From a virus (lineage: Duplodnaviria; Caudoviricetes): DNA of 31,723 nt. Under the pieces are notes generated by a model. That model did no database searches. It saw only the letters and a program-made list of their open reading frames with translations, and was not told where the DNA came from. Positions 17,342-29,700 of this stretch are shown here, in pieces. The stretch's first letter is position 1. Each line of letters opens with the position of its first letter. The stretch spans positions 1-31,723 of the IMG/VR virus record IMGVR_UViG_3300033076_001041. One strand, given 5' to 3'. The translations under genes and the position numbers were made by a program.

Positions 17342-20300
17342 ATGGAAAGCCCATTATCATTTGACTCTACTGAAAACTTTAGAAAAAAGTTACTTTTACG
17401 TAACTTAAAACCATATAATGTTGATGGTTCATTTAGTAGTAATTACGTACCTGCAAATTCAGAATTTAATATTATTGATTATTCTATTATTGATTCACCT
17501 TCGGTTGAAAGTATTGGTAATGTGCAGGAACCATTACTATACAAACAAAACAAATATGGGCCACAAGGACAAAACTCAACCTACGGAGATTTTGTAAATA
17601 TAAACGTAAATTTAAATACACAAACAAATTTTGGTGAATATGATTTTACCGACTCTATTAACAGTAAGTTAGAAGTTATTGGAAACAATCAAGAAAATTT
17701 ACTTTTTGTAAAAAATCTTTACGGACCAACACAATTTGGTACATCATACGGTGATACCGTACAAATTAATAATACGTTATTTACCACAACTAATTTAGGT
17801 GTTTATGGGTATCCACAGACTGTAGGGTCTAAATTAGAAACTATTGGTGATATAAAAGAAAACGATTTAATTGTTAAAAACGTTTATAAACCAAACATTC
17901 TAAATGGTTTTGGTGATACTGTTTGGTACATCAATAACGACTTAACAATATCCACAAACGGATCTGGTGAATATAATATAGGTGATACTTTAAATAGTAA
18001 CCTATTTCAAATAGGTAACAACCAAGAAGTACAACTAAGAGTAAAAAACAAATACACACCCGAAGGTGGAAATGATTATGGGAATACTAGGTACAGTATT
18101 AACAACGATTTAATTTTAGGATCTAATCAAGGAGAGTATAATTATGACGATACTATATCTAACGAATTAGAAAATAAAGGTATTGCTATACGACCTACAT
18201 TATTTACAAATAATGAGTATAGACCTGAAAACGGACAAAGTGAGTTTGTTGTCCAACCGTTTAATATATTAAAAAATATTATAATTGGTTCGGGTAATTA
18301 TAACTACGCCGACAGTATAGGTAGTGATTTAGAGGTAAATGGTAAAGTAATGAGACCTGACCTTATAGTTGTTAACCAATACGGACCACAAACATTATTT
18401 AAAGATTCTGTAAACATTAATCAAAACTTACAGACAAATTCTAATGAAGGTGAGTATGGTTATCCCGACTCAATCAATAGTCCTTTAGAAGTAATTGGTG
18501 AACAAAATTTAGACCAACTAATTCTTAACAGTTATAGACCTGAAACTGATTTTTTAAACCCGGTAACTCCAAACATTAATTTACCAAAAGTTCCTAATAA
18601 AGGGATATATGATTACAATGACACAATAAACAGTGAATTAGAAATTGTAGGAACTTCAAAAGAAGAACAAGCATACGGTAAAAACAAATATGTAACAGGT
18701 ACAGGAACATATGAAGTATTAACAATAGATGACCTACAAATTAAAACTGTAGGAACCCCATACGCTAACGGATTAAAAACTTTAGGATTTGTATACTCAA
18801 CATACTCACCTATCACCATATTAACTAGCGACGACCCAAAAGGTTCAAATGGTAGTCTATCACAAGACTCTGATTTGGCGACTATTGGCGCAAAACAACT
18901 ACAAAAAGAATTTAAAAGTAGAGTTGCGTTAGAGTTATTACAACAGACAGTTAGTAGGGTAAACGCATTAACATCGTCCATAGATCCTGACAGTGGTGAA
19001 GTTTCCGTTAAACCTAATTTAGACCCGTTCAATGCGGTTGGAATTATTAGTGGAAATATCCCTGTACTTGCACGTAATTTTAAAATTACATCTCCAAGTG
19101 GACTATTAGGTAAAACTGTAGATTTTGCAGCAAGATTATCAGGATTGTATTCACCATACTCAATAATACCTGGTGAGTACTTTGATTACCCAAATAAAAG
19201 ACTTTTAAATCAATTAATTGAGAACCCAATAAAACCGTTGGTTAGTGGTGCGTTTAATGGAATTAGAAAACTAATTGGACAAAATTCAAAAATATCTTCT
19301 GAATTATTTTTAGCGAACACTTCAGAGGCGACTAAAAGCCTATTGTATGAACAATTATTTTATAACGAGTATAGACCCGATTATAAATTTAATGGTGAAG
19401 TAGGTTTAAATTTATTTTCACCTAAGGCTAATTATTATGTTGGTACAAAAAAGAGTAGTATAACCGATTTGGTTTCTCCTGTTAGTGAACAAGCAAAAGA
19501 TAAAAACGGAGACCCAAATGGTGGGCCGGTATTAAGTTATAGTAATATTGGGAAAGAATACGAGGGAAGTAAGATTACTGAACTATATAGTGGATTTAAA
19601 ACTAAATCTTATTTTGATGGTATCAACGGAGTTCAAGGTGGAATTACTTGGATGTCAACTGATAACTACGTTAAAAAGTACCAATTTGTTGGGCCTGAAG
19701 GAAAAACAGTAAATACTCTAGGTCAAAATTTAGGTGTAGATACTTCATTTTACAGTAGTAAAGTCTTTGGAGGTCAATTTGATGTAACACAATCATTCAA
19801 TAACGAATTTACACCTGGGTCAATATTAGATGTAACACAAAAATTAATTGATGCAGGCAATAACTCATCATATAAGTTAGAACACGTAGGTAACGCAATA
19901 AATCAAATATCAAAGGTCTTTAATGATGGGTATGTTGAAATGACTAAAGGGTCGAGAGTTGTAAAATATACAACAAAAACATCTAGCCCCGCATCAACAG
20001 GAGGTAATAATGTTGTTGGATATGAATATTGTCGATTGTTTACTAAAGACAGACCTTATATGACATACGATGAATTACAAAAAACTGAGGGTAATATAAG
20101 AAAATATACTAACTCAGTTTTAGATAATACATTTAATTTAAATATTGCACCGACAAGAGGTAACGAATCAACAAATATCCAAGGAGGTAAAGTAAAAAAA
20201 TATATGTTCTCATTAGAAAATTTGGCTTGGAGAACATCAAATAAACCTGGATACACATATGAGGATTTACCTGATTGTGAGAAAGGGCCTAATGGGGGGA

Positions 20301-23300
20301 GAATTATGTGGTTCCCACCATATGATTTATCATATGACGAATCTGTAACAACAAGTTGGACAGACCACAACTTTTTAGGTAGAACAGAACCTATTTATAC
20401 TTTTTCAAATTCATCTAGAAAGGGTAATGTAAGTTTTAAAATTGTTGTCGATAATCCTTCTATCACTAACTTATTGGTTGAGAAAGAACTTGAAAAGGTT
20501 GATAACGCTGAAACAACTAAAGTTATTGACTCATTTTTTGCGGGATGTTTAAAATATGATATATATGATTTAGCAAAACGATATAGACAATTCACACTTA
20601 AAGATATATTTGACACTATAAGTTATTTAGATGATGAAGAGATTGAAAAATTAATACCTGAACTTCCTAAAGAAGTTGCTGAAAATGAAATAGTGGTTAA
20701 TGATATTAAACCCGCACCATCGGGTGTTACTGCAACAACCGCAGTTACTGAGTTTAATCTTATTGAACCTACAATGTATTTTGAAAACGATTATCCTGAC
20801 CCAAAAACTTATTTAACAGTATCTACAAAAAACTATGGAGACTTATTTGCGGCATATAAGGGTAGAAAAACCATTTATGAAAATGCCGCAATGGACAAAA
20901 TTATAAAATATAACGACAATAAATACGTTGATTACTCATCAACCATTACGTCGTTACCTAACTATAGTACTCAAGAATGGTTAACTGAATATATTGATAC
21001 TAGAAAGAATTCTTTAGGTGAATTTTTTGATTATGCTGAAGTAGAATTTAAACAACTACAATCCTTTTTAACTGAGGTTGCTAAATCATTAAAACAAGGA
21101 GACCAAATTACTTTCTCACTTATAGGTTCGGCATCGGCAATTGCTGAAGACACATATAATGTGAGCCTTTCTACTCGAAGAATTAGTTCGGTTTTACAAT
21201 ACATAAATCAATTTAATTATGAAGGTGAAAAATTAGAAAAATATATTAAAAGTAAAAAATTAATTATTAAGGAATTACCTAAAGGTGAAAATGAACTAAT
21301 ACAAGACCCTAAATATAAATTTATAAATTGTAGTAATGAATTTTTAAATATTAATGTTGAGGGTATAAAGTCTATTAATGCGATGGCTTGTAGACGTGTT
21401 AGAGTTGCGGATATTGTAAGAACCGCAGCGGCAACTAACAACAACCCACCGGCAAACGAGGAAGAAAAAAGAAAAGAAGACGAGGGTACGTTACCAATTA
21501 AAAACCAATCTGAATTCGATAGTCCACCACAAAATAAATTTGTAAAAGTTATTGAAAAGAAACGTGTACAAAAGAAAAGAACTGAGGTTAGATCTGATTT
21601 AACTAAAAGATTATTAAGAAAACTATTAACAGAATGTAACTATTTTGATTTAGTTAGACAAAGTGATCCTATGATATATGACGGTATTAGAGAAAAAATA
21701 AAACATTTCCACCCAGCATTTCACTCAATGACACCTGAAGGGCTAAACGCAAGATTAGTTTTCTTACAACAATGTATGAGACCTGGAGACACAATACCAA
21801 CAATTAGTGAAACTGATAGTAGTGGTCAAGTTCCTGTGTATAATGATGTGACTAATAGTGTGTTTGGTGCACCACCAATATGTGTATTAAGGGTTGGTGA
21901 CTTTTTCCATACAAAAATTGCTATAGACTCGTTAACATTAAAATATGATGAGGTACCATTTGATTTAAACCCTGAAGGTATCGGAGTTCAACCGATGATA
22001 GCAACTGTTAGTCTTGGTTTTAGTTTTATCGGTGGACACGGTTTAGCAGAACCAATCGCTAAACTACAAAACGCACTTTCGTTTAATTATTATGCTAATA
22101 CTGAAATGTATGATGAGAGGGCGGAAGCGACTGAAGACGTGACTTCTAAATATGATGCCGAAATTTTAAAAAGTATTAAAGACGAAATAGGTGTTGTTGA
22201 CGGAGCAAATAGGCCGTTAAGTAATGATGGTGGAGTAACAATAGGAACAATTACAAGTAATCTATTAGATACCGATACGGGAGTAATTACAGGAGATATT
22301 AATTATAAAGATATAATGAAAGACTTAACGGTTAAAACCAAGTCTTATACTAATACCGTTATAACTGCATTAAGTAAAGTTAATACTAAGTATGCTTTAG
22401 GTGGGTTATCCATTTTAAATAAAGATAGAAAATTAACAAAAGGATATTTTAATTATTTAAGTGGAAACACTTCTAATGAAACGACAATATATGGTAAAAC
22501 TGAAAATATACAACCAAAAGTCGATACTTTATTTACAAAAATAAAAGAGGATATTGATAACGGTACTATATCTGTTTTGAAAAACTTAAGTTCACAAAAT
22601 TTTAAAGATTCTGATATTAGAAAAATTAAAAATAAATTGAAATCTATGGTTGATGAACTAAAGAGTACATATATATCAGATTTAGAAATTGCTAACAGTA
22701 CAATAGGTACAGATGAATTACCATTAATTAAGTTAATAGACCAATTAAATTACGTTGCAAATGCGACTGACGGATATATAAATCAAAGAGGTGGAACTGT
22801 AATTTACGGTATAACAGGTGGAACACCTGTGGATGTAAGTAGTGTTGGAGATGCGAATACCCTTGATGAATTAAAAACCGACTTTTTAAAAATTAAAAAT
22901 GACTTAAACGAGTTTAATAATAATTTGTCCGTAGATATACTATATAGTGGTAGTGCTTTTTCATATAATGATAATTTTGATTATGAGTTATATTTAACTA
23001 TCGATGGAGAACAACCAACACCTGAAGATAATAGATGTTATATGGTTTTTGGAAATTCAATTTTAACTGACCCAGTTAAATTTATATCATCAGTTATTGA
23101 ACCGGTTAAAAATACTTCTGTAGATATTGATTGGCAAACATATATATCAAAAAATGTCGGATGGGCATTTTATTTAGATACAACCAACGGAACATTTAAA
23201 AATGAAGCAGCACAAAAAGGGTTGTACCCGTCTTATAAAAAATCAAAAGATAGTACAGACGCACCATTTAAGTTGTTCGACGATTTATATTACAAAAACA

Positions 23301-23461
23301 AATTTACAAATTATATTCCATATAATTTAGAAAAAACAAGAAAAATGACATACAGTAAAATTTTAACACCAACTGACGACGAACAAAACAATTTAAAAGA
23401 TATATATAGCAACAGGAACTCTATATGGGATAAATTTAATCTAAAAAAATCATTAAACTAA
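17342..23461 (+). CDS. Giant baseplate / tube-initiator protein (gp48/gp54-like fold) with N-terminal repeats and an OmpA-like domain
   Basis: FPPYDLSYDES....W....FLGRTEPIYTF....R...SF and PPICVLRVGDF....I.IDSL...Y...P.D......QPMIATVSL are tube-initiator motifs; YFEND...IGSAS......N..LS.RR..SV...GE...CRRV is OmpA-like. Lies between the tape measure and LysM gene. Confidence 0.7.
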   Translation: MESPLSFDSTENFRKKLLLRNLKPYNVDGSFSSNYVPANSEFNIIDYSIIDSPSVESIGNVQEPLLYKQNKYGPQGQNSTYGDFVNINVNLNTQTNFGEYDFTDSINSKLEVIGNNQENLLFVKNLYGPTQFGTSYGDTVQINNTLFTTTNLGVYGYPQTVGSKLETIGDIKENDLIVKNVYKPNILNGFGDTVWYINNDLTISTNGSGEYNIGDTLNSNLFQIGNNQEVQLRVKNKYTPEGGNDYGNTRYSINNDLILGSNQGEYNYDDTISNELENKGIAIRPTLFTNNEYRPENGQSEFVVQPFNILKNIIIGSGNYNYADSIGSDLEVNGKVMRPDLIVVNQYGPQTLFKDSVNINQNLQTNSNEGEYGYPDSINSPLEVIGEQNLDQLILNSYRPETDFLNPVTPNINLPKVPNKGIYDYNDTINSELEIVGTSKEEQAYGKNKYVTGTGTYEVLTIDDLQIKTVGTPYANGLKTLGFVYSTYSPITILTSDDPKGSNGSLSQDSDLATIGAKQLQKEFKSRVALELLQQTVSRVNALTSSIDPDSGEVSVKPNLDPFNAVGIISGNIPVLARNFKITSPSGLLGKTVDFAARLSGLYSPYSIIPGEYFDYPNKRLLNQLIENPIKPLVSGAFNGIRKLIGQNSKISSELFLANTSEATKSLLYEQLFYNEYRPDYKFNGEVGLNLFSPKANYYVGTKKSSITDLVSPVSEQAKDKNGDPNGGPVLSYSNIGKEYEGSKITELYSGFKTKSYFDGINGVQGGITWMSTDNYVKKYQFVGPEGKTVNTLGQNLGVDTSFYSSKVFGGQFDVTQSFNNEFTPGSILDVTQKLIDAGNNSSYKLEHVGNAINQISKVFNDGYVEMTKGSRVVKYTTKTSSPASTGGNNVVGYEYCRLFTKDRPYMTYDELQKTEGNIRKYTNSVLDNTFNLNIAPTRGNESTNIQGGKVKKYMFSLENLAWRTSNKPGYTYEDLPDCEKGPNGGRIMWFPPYDLSYDESVTTSWTDHNFLGRTEPIYTFSNSSRKGNVSFKIVVDNPSITNLLVEKELEKVDNAETTKVIDSFFAGCLKYDIYDLAKRYRQFTLKDIFDTISYLDDEEIEKLIPELPKEVAENEIVVNDIKPAPSGVTATTAVTEFNLIEPTMYFENDYPDPKTYLTVSTKNYGDLFAAYKGRKTIYENAAMDKIIKYNDNKYVDYSSTITSLPNYSTQEWLTEYIDTRKNSLGEFFDYAEVEFKQLQSFLTEVAKSLKQGDQITFSLIGSASAIAEDTYNVSLSTRRISSVLQYINQFNYEGEKLEKYIKSKKLIIKELPKGENELIQDPKYKFINCSNEFLNINVEGIKSINAMACRRVRVADIVRTAAATNNNPPANEEEKRKEDEGTLPIKNQSEFDSPPQNKFVKVIEKKRVQKKRTEVRSDLTKRLLRKLLTECNYFDLVRQSDPMIYDGIREKIKHFHPAFHSMTPEGLNARLVFLQQCMRPGDTIPTISETDSSGQVPVYNDVTNSVFGAPPICVLRVGDFFHTKIAIDSLTLKYDEVPFDLNPEGIGVQPMIATVSLGFSFIGGHGLAEPIAKLQNALSFNYYANTEMYDERAEATEDVTSKYDAEILKSIKDEIGVVDGANRPLSNDGGVTIGTITSNLLDTDTGVITGDINYKDIMKDLTVKTKSYTNTVITALSKVNTKYALGGLSILNKDRKLTKGYFNYLSGNTSNETTIYGKTENIQPKVDTLFTKIKEDIDNGTISVLKNLSSQNFKDSDIRKIKNKLKSMVDELKSTYISDLEIANSTIGTDELPLIKLIDQLNYVANATDGYINQRGGTVIYGITGGTPVDVSSVGDANTLDELKTDFLKIKNDLNEFNNNLSVDILYSGSAFSYNDNFDYELYLTIDGEQPTPEDNRCYMVFGNSILTDPVKFISSVIEPVKNTSVDIDWQTYISKNVGWAFYLDTTNGTFKNEAAQKGLYPSYKKSKDSTDAPFKLFDDLYYKNKFTNYIPYNLEKTRKMTYSKILTPTDDEQNNLKDIYSNRNSIWDKFNLKKSLN
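17549..18682 (+). repeat. Seven tandem ~51-56-aa protein repeats
   Basis: Units start NKYGP, NLYGP, NVYKP, NKYTP, NEYRP, NQYGP, NSYRP; each contains an approximate G-x-Y-x-Y-x-D-[ST]-I-x-S-x-L-E-x-x-G. Confidence 0.9.
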
Positions 23462-23462
23462 T

Positions 23463-23780
23463 ATGGATTATTATAATAGATACGATAGTTTTTTATTAAA
23501 TGGTAACCAAACGGTGGTTCCCTTTTTAACTTTACCACAGAGGTCAAGTGACCAAAAATATATTTTTAGATCGAACCAAAGTAGGTTGGATAAAATTAGT
23601 TATGAAAAATACGGGACACCATACTTTGGATGGTTAATTCAAATGGCAAACCCATTATATGGAGGATTGGAAAGTGATATTCCTGACGGAACGATTTTAA
23701 TTATACCATTTCCGCTTGTTGCGGCATTGCAAGACTACAAATCTGCGTTAGATACACATATTTTTTATTATGGCAGGTAA
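23463..23780 (+). CDS. LysM-like baseplate wedge protein (gp53 / P2 gpX-like)
   Basis: RLDKISYEKYGTPYFGWLIQMANP......IPDGTILIIP. Confidence 0.85.
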   Translation: MDYYNRYDSFLLNGNQTVVPFLTLPQRSSDQKYIFRSNQSRLDKISYEKYGTPYFGWLIQMANPLYGGLESDIPDGTILIIPFPLVAALQDYKSALDTHIFYYGR

Positions 23781-26700
23781 ACAAACTAAAAACGTTTTTA
23801 TTGAAACGCAATATGATAACATAGTACTCATTAACCCAAACCAACTTGCGGATAGTGACGGAAAGGCGACGAGTAGATTAGTTGACCACGAAGATATGGT
23901 ATACTATGCGAATTTAGAAACATTTATAATACCAAGAACTAAACTAGCAATCGGTGAAAATTTTGACAATAGTGTTTTAAATACAACAATTGCTAGTTTA
24001 AATACTGACCCCGATTTAAAAATAAATTTTTTACAACCAAAAGGTAAAAAGGCCTTTGATACAAGTTGGTCAGACCAATTAACAGGTAAAGACTCAAGAC
24101 AAGGGTCATCATCAAACCAAAAGTTTGAAAACCTAACAACTATTAACGGCAAACAAACCTACGTTAATACCGTTAAAAATTACGAAGACACCCAACTTTT
24201 AGGAATTAAAAGTATTGATGTTACTGTTAAATCGACTGGTGTACCTTCGGTAAAAATTGAGATGGTCGACGTTCAAGGAAAGATGTTATTTGAACAAGGA
24301 GAAAACTCAATATACTCAGTATTTTTTAATTTTCCGTATCCGTTATTTTATTTAACGTTAAAAGGTTATTACGGTAAGGCGATAAGATACCGTTTATCTT
24401 TACTTAGTTTTAATGCAAGGTTTGATGCTGACTCAGGTAACTTTAATATATCTTTAGAGTTAATTGGTAAGTTCACTGCGTTATTATTTGATACACCATT
24501 GGCGTATGGTAGGACGGCACCGAAAATGTTTAAAACTCAGGCTTATTTAAAACCAAACGCACAATCTGGAAATGTAACGGTTGTTGAAACAACAAAAGGT
24601 AAAATTAAATTAGATGAGGTATATGAAATTTATAAAAAGAAAAAATTAATACCTGAAAATTTTCCACACTATAGCTTAGATAGTTTTTTAACTGCGATAT
24701 CAAACTACGAAACAAAATTATTGGAGAGTGTTAAAAAAGGAGACTTTAATGTTTTAAATGACATACAAAGATTTAGAGAAGTGCTAAACGATTTAAAGGA
24801 AACCATATATACTAATGCTTTAAAAAATTATTTAGATTCTGCAGTTTATTACGTTTACGGTGGTAAAATATATTATCCGTTTAAAAAAGATATTTCACTT
24901 CAAGACAGAGAAAAATATAAAACATTAACAGAAGAAAGAATAAAATACTTTGTTAATGAGTTAAAAAATAACAATACTTTTGGTGAAAATAAATCATATA
25001 AAAAATCAGATGGAACAACAATTCCTACTGAAATTGACGTGTGGAGTAAAATACGAAACTCATCTATAGTAATAAAACCATTCCCTTTAGATGAGTGGTT
25101 AGAAAGTGATATTGATTTAAATAACACTAGATATTATAGGACAGGACAAAAATTAGATTTATCAACCCAAGAAGGTCAGGATAAACTTAAAAAATTTAAA
25201 GAGGATGAGTTAGCGTTAAAACCTGGTAAAGTATACGATTTAATAACAAATGAATTCATTGACGACTCAACTGAAATGTATTTCTATGGAGATAAAAATT
25301 TAAATGATGGTACGTATGTACCAAATAGTTTTTTAAACGTAATTGAAGATGCATTAAAACAGTTAGACGTTAAAGAAGAACAAATAGATGACGACCTATC
25401 AAAAATTTTGGCTGATAGAGTTGTAAAAGGTGATGGTGGACTTGGGTTTACCCCAACAATACGAAACGTCTTTGCAATATTATTTGCGGGAGTCGATGCG
25501 TTTTATCGATTAATGGAAGACACACACCAACAGGCTTGGGATGTAAGAACAAATAAAACAAGATTATTATCGGTAATACCACCTGAAAAAAACTTTTCAG
25601 TAGAAGGGTTAGATAGTATACAAACTTCTACGGGAGAATTAAATGACCAAAATATTGTATATCCTTGGCCTTTATATTTTGATAAACAAAAACAAAAAGA
25701 TGGGAGGGAGTTGTATACTATACAATATCCTGGTGACCCTAAAATTATAAATAAAACTAAAGGGTGGAATACAGAAGTATGGCCTGAAGTTTATTTTGTA
25801 GAGGAATACATTAGTGGGTCACTAACAAAGGAAACGATAACCAATAGTAATATCTTTAATAATCCAAAAAGTGATACGTCGTTGGTAAGTCCTAACGCTA
25901 CGTTTTTCCCATTTACAACACTACCATACCAAGATGTGGATTCTGTATCTGTACTTTATGAGATGATAGAAAGGTCAATAATTAACTCAAACTTTAATAG
26001 GTTAAATTATGATGTTGCGGTTAAAAAACAAGTAGATAAACTTTTTGCCGATTTTGAAGGTCAAAATGTTGTATCAACAATATCATCAAGTTTAGAATTA
26101 CAGAACCTACTTAGAGAATATAAATTTACATTACCTACGTTTATTAATTATTTAAAAAAAATATCAAATAACGGGTCAGGTAAAAGTTGGTTAACATACG
26201 ACCAGGGGTTATTCAATAACCAATATATAATTAATGCTTTAAACGAACAAAAAGAGGTATATAGTTTTGATACGATTAGTAATCGTTCTATAAATATTAA
26301 TGCGGATAGTCCACTAACTAAAAACTTAAAAAGTTATTTAGAAAGTACCGAGACATCAACTAATGATATCTTAGATACCTTCCCACTTAATAATTTAAAT
26401 TGGTTAAAAAATAACGTATCAAATGGACAATCATTAAATACCTTAAGTGATTTTTATGATACCACAAAAACGTTTATTTATTTGGATGATAAGAAAACAA
26501 TTGCAAGATTAGACCAAACTGAAACCACAACTAATATTGGGCCTTTCACTAATAAGTACGGATTTTCAAACCAACAACAATTATATATAACAAACGCAAA
26601 TAATAATACAAAACTTAATAGTCGTTCCACCGTTAAAGGATTTTATGATACAAGAAAATTAAAAGACTTATATTTTACAGAGTCGTATATAGATTATGGT

Positions 26701-29700
26701 AACTCGTATTCAGGTAATGTTGGGTCAAACATACAAACGACATCAATGTTGAACACCCCATATTTTATAAATGCATTATTAAAAGGTGTTGATGGTGAGA
26801 CAAATAAAGAAGACAACCCATACGTTTCTTTAGGTTATCTGTATTTAAATTCATTACCACTTATAACGACCAAAGAAAGATTAAAAACGTTCACTACCGA
26901 AGGTGCACCAACTGATTTAGATTTTTTGGCATCAACCTTTAAAAAATATTCATCTATACACCAAATGCCGTATGCTTGGGTTTTAAAATACGGATCAATT
27001 TGGCATAGATATAAAAAATATACCACAACAAATGTGGATATATTAGATGATGTATGGAAAGATTTTGACTATGTATATAATTACGACCCAATAACCTCCG
27101 CATCAACAAAACCATATGTAATACCAAACTACACGGGAGGGCAACAAACAGTTTATCTACAATATACACAACCTTTATTAATGTCTACTGGTAGTACCTT
27201 AGACATTATAACTACAGGATTTTACCCAAGACTTATTAATAATGTGTACAAATTTTTTAATAAAAAAGATTTATTCACAGGATATACGCAAGACGCATAT
27301 TTTAAAGCATTTAATGATTATAAATTTAAATTTGCTAAAAATAATATTGCTAGCAGTAATTTAGTTTTTGGTTTTGACCCACAAACCCCTAATAGGTCTT
27401 TGTTAAAAACAAACTATTACCATTACTTGGACGGACAAAACTCAAATACAAATAGTAGTTCATATTTATTATTCCCATCTATGGGTGGTATTAATTTTGA
27501 CCAATCAATCTATGAATGTACAAATAATACAAATATTTTAACAAAAGAACTGAACAATAACAAATCTGTGCATAACGGGGCGATTAGGTCTTTATGGGGA
27601 GCATCACACTTTGGATATTTTGATAATAGTTTAATAAAAAAACCGTTACCAAACGAATACTTAAAAGTAATTAATGTTAATACTCCCGAACAAAATTCGT
27701 TTGATTTAACAAATACACAATCAACATATTCACAAATTGATGAGATATTGTCCGTGTTTAACACCGATTTATTAGATAAGTTTGAAAGTGAGTTTTTAAC
27801 GTTTTGTAATTACCAACCAACAGCAGAAAGTTTATCACTAAAAGGTGAGATTACCCAACCATCATATTCTGATACTAATAAAATTACTAACTTAAAAAAT
27901 AGAAGACTTTATAACCAAATAGGTTCGTTATTTTATATTGCTAAAACGGGGATAAATTTATTAAATGAAAATACTGATGGGATAGAATTAGGGTCTAAAC
28001 AAATAACGTCTTTCTTATCATCCGTTTCCGACTTTTTAAAATTTGATTGTGTTATAAAAAACTCAAACCCAGGTAATTACGACAGAAGAATCTTTGAATC
28101 GTTCATAACTAATCCGACAATTTTAAATCCAATAAGTTATAGTGGAGAACCATATATTAAAAACACATTACCAACAAGTGCTCAAACAATTTCGTTATTA
28201 TTAAGTGAGTCACAAAACAAAGATGCGTGGAACGCACTAAAAACATATGTGGGATACTCAAACGAAGATAAATTAAAATATACAGATTCTGGTAGCTCAA
28301 TCACCGACTTTTTTGTTGATATGGATATTGAGTTTACGGAGACAAACGTTAAAACACTTTATCAATTGATTAAAATGTACGCAACATTAAAAGCGGAAAA
28401 CGTTGATTTTGATAAAGTTGAGTTCAAAACTCAAATCACTAATTTAGTTAAGTCACAAGAATCATTTAAAGAAAAAATGTTAAATCAAACATTTTCATAT
28501 ATTAATAAAAATACTCCTGAAGTTAAACTTGAAAGTCAGTCACAAATTGCCAAAAGTGCTATAAGTAGTGACGCAACTAAATTGACGACATATAACACAT
28601 TAAAGGCATTTAATGATAAGTGGGTTGCAGGGTCTGACCTTAAAACAAGAACATTGTTTGAAGATTTTCTTTTTATGGATAGAGCAAATAGTGATTTAGG
28701 AGATACGTTTGTGATTGATATACAACAGGTAAAAACAAGAATAGAAGCAAACCCAAATCAAAATATGATGCAATTAGTTAGTTGGATTTTAAAAGACAAC
28801 TACTTTATGTTCTTTGCGATGCCGGCATACATAAACTTTTATGGTATACAACAGTTAACAGGAGATAATACACCTAAAGAAGATATAACAATAGGTAATG
28901 ATTTATTCGGTACACATTTAAATGTCGATTACTTAAACTCAAGTCCTAAGTTTTTATGTTTATATATGGGAAATCCTTCGGAATGGCCAAAACCAAAAGA
29001 GAATTCGTTTATCAGATTTGGGGATGATAGTTTTGATTTAAGAATATCCGATAACCCACTAAGGGTGTCAGACCCAAATAGGGATTACGGTAAAAATAAT
29101 AAGGTTGTTGGATTTGCGGTGGACTTTGGTATCCAAAATCAAAACATATTTAAAAATTTAGATTTAGATATGTCTGAGAAAAAGAATACTGCGGAAACTT
29201 TTAAAATATTCGCTCAATTAGGTGATTCAGTTTCGGGGGATAAAGTCGCTCAAGAATCTGTATCAATGTATAGTACCTATAAAACTAGGTCGTATACTTG
29301 TGGGGTAGAATCGATGGGTAATGTTATGATACAACCTACAATGTACTTTGCTTTAAGACACGTACCACTTTTTTATGGGCCATATTGGATAAACGAAGTG
29401 ACACATAGTGTTAACCAAACAGATTTTACGACTAAGTTTACCGGTATAAGAACACCAAAATATTCACTACCAACAATTGATAATTTAGTTGCATCAGTAA
29501 ATAAAAGTATTCTTAAAAACTTTAAAGCAAAACAAAATTCTGTAAAACCAAACGAAGAATCGGAAAAAGAAAAAACATTAGAAATTGATCCGGAACCTGT
29601 AAAAATTGGTTATATGTCAGCATGTACTAGTACGACGGCATTCCCTACTATACCGTTTGAAGATTTAAGGTCAGACAAGTTAAGTGTTAATGAAATGGCG

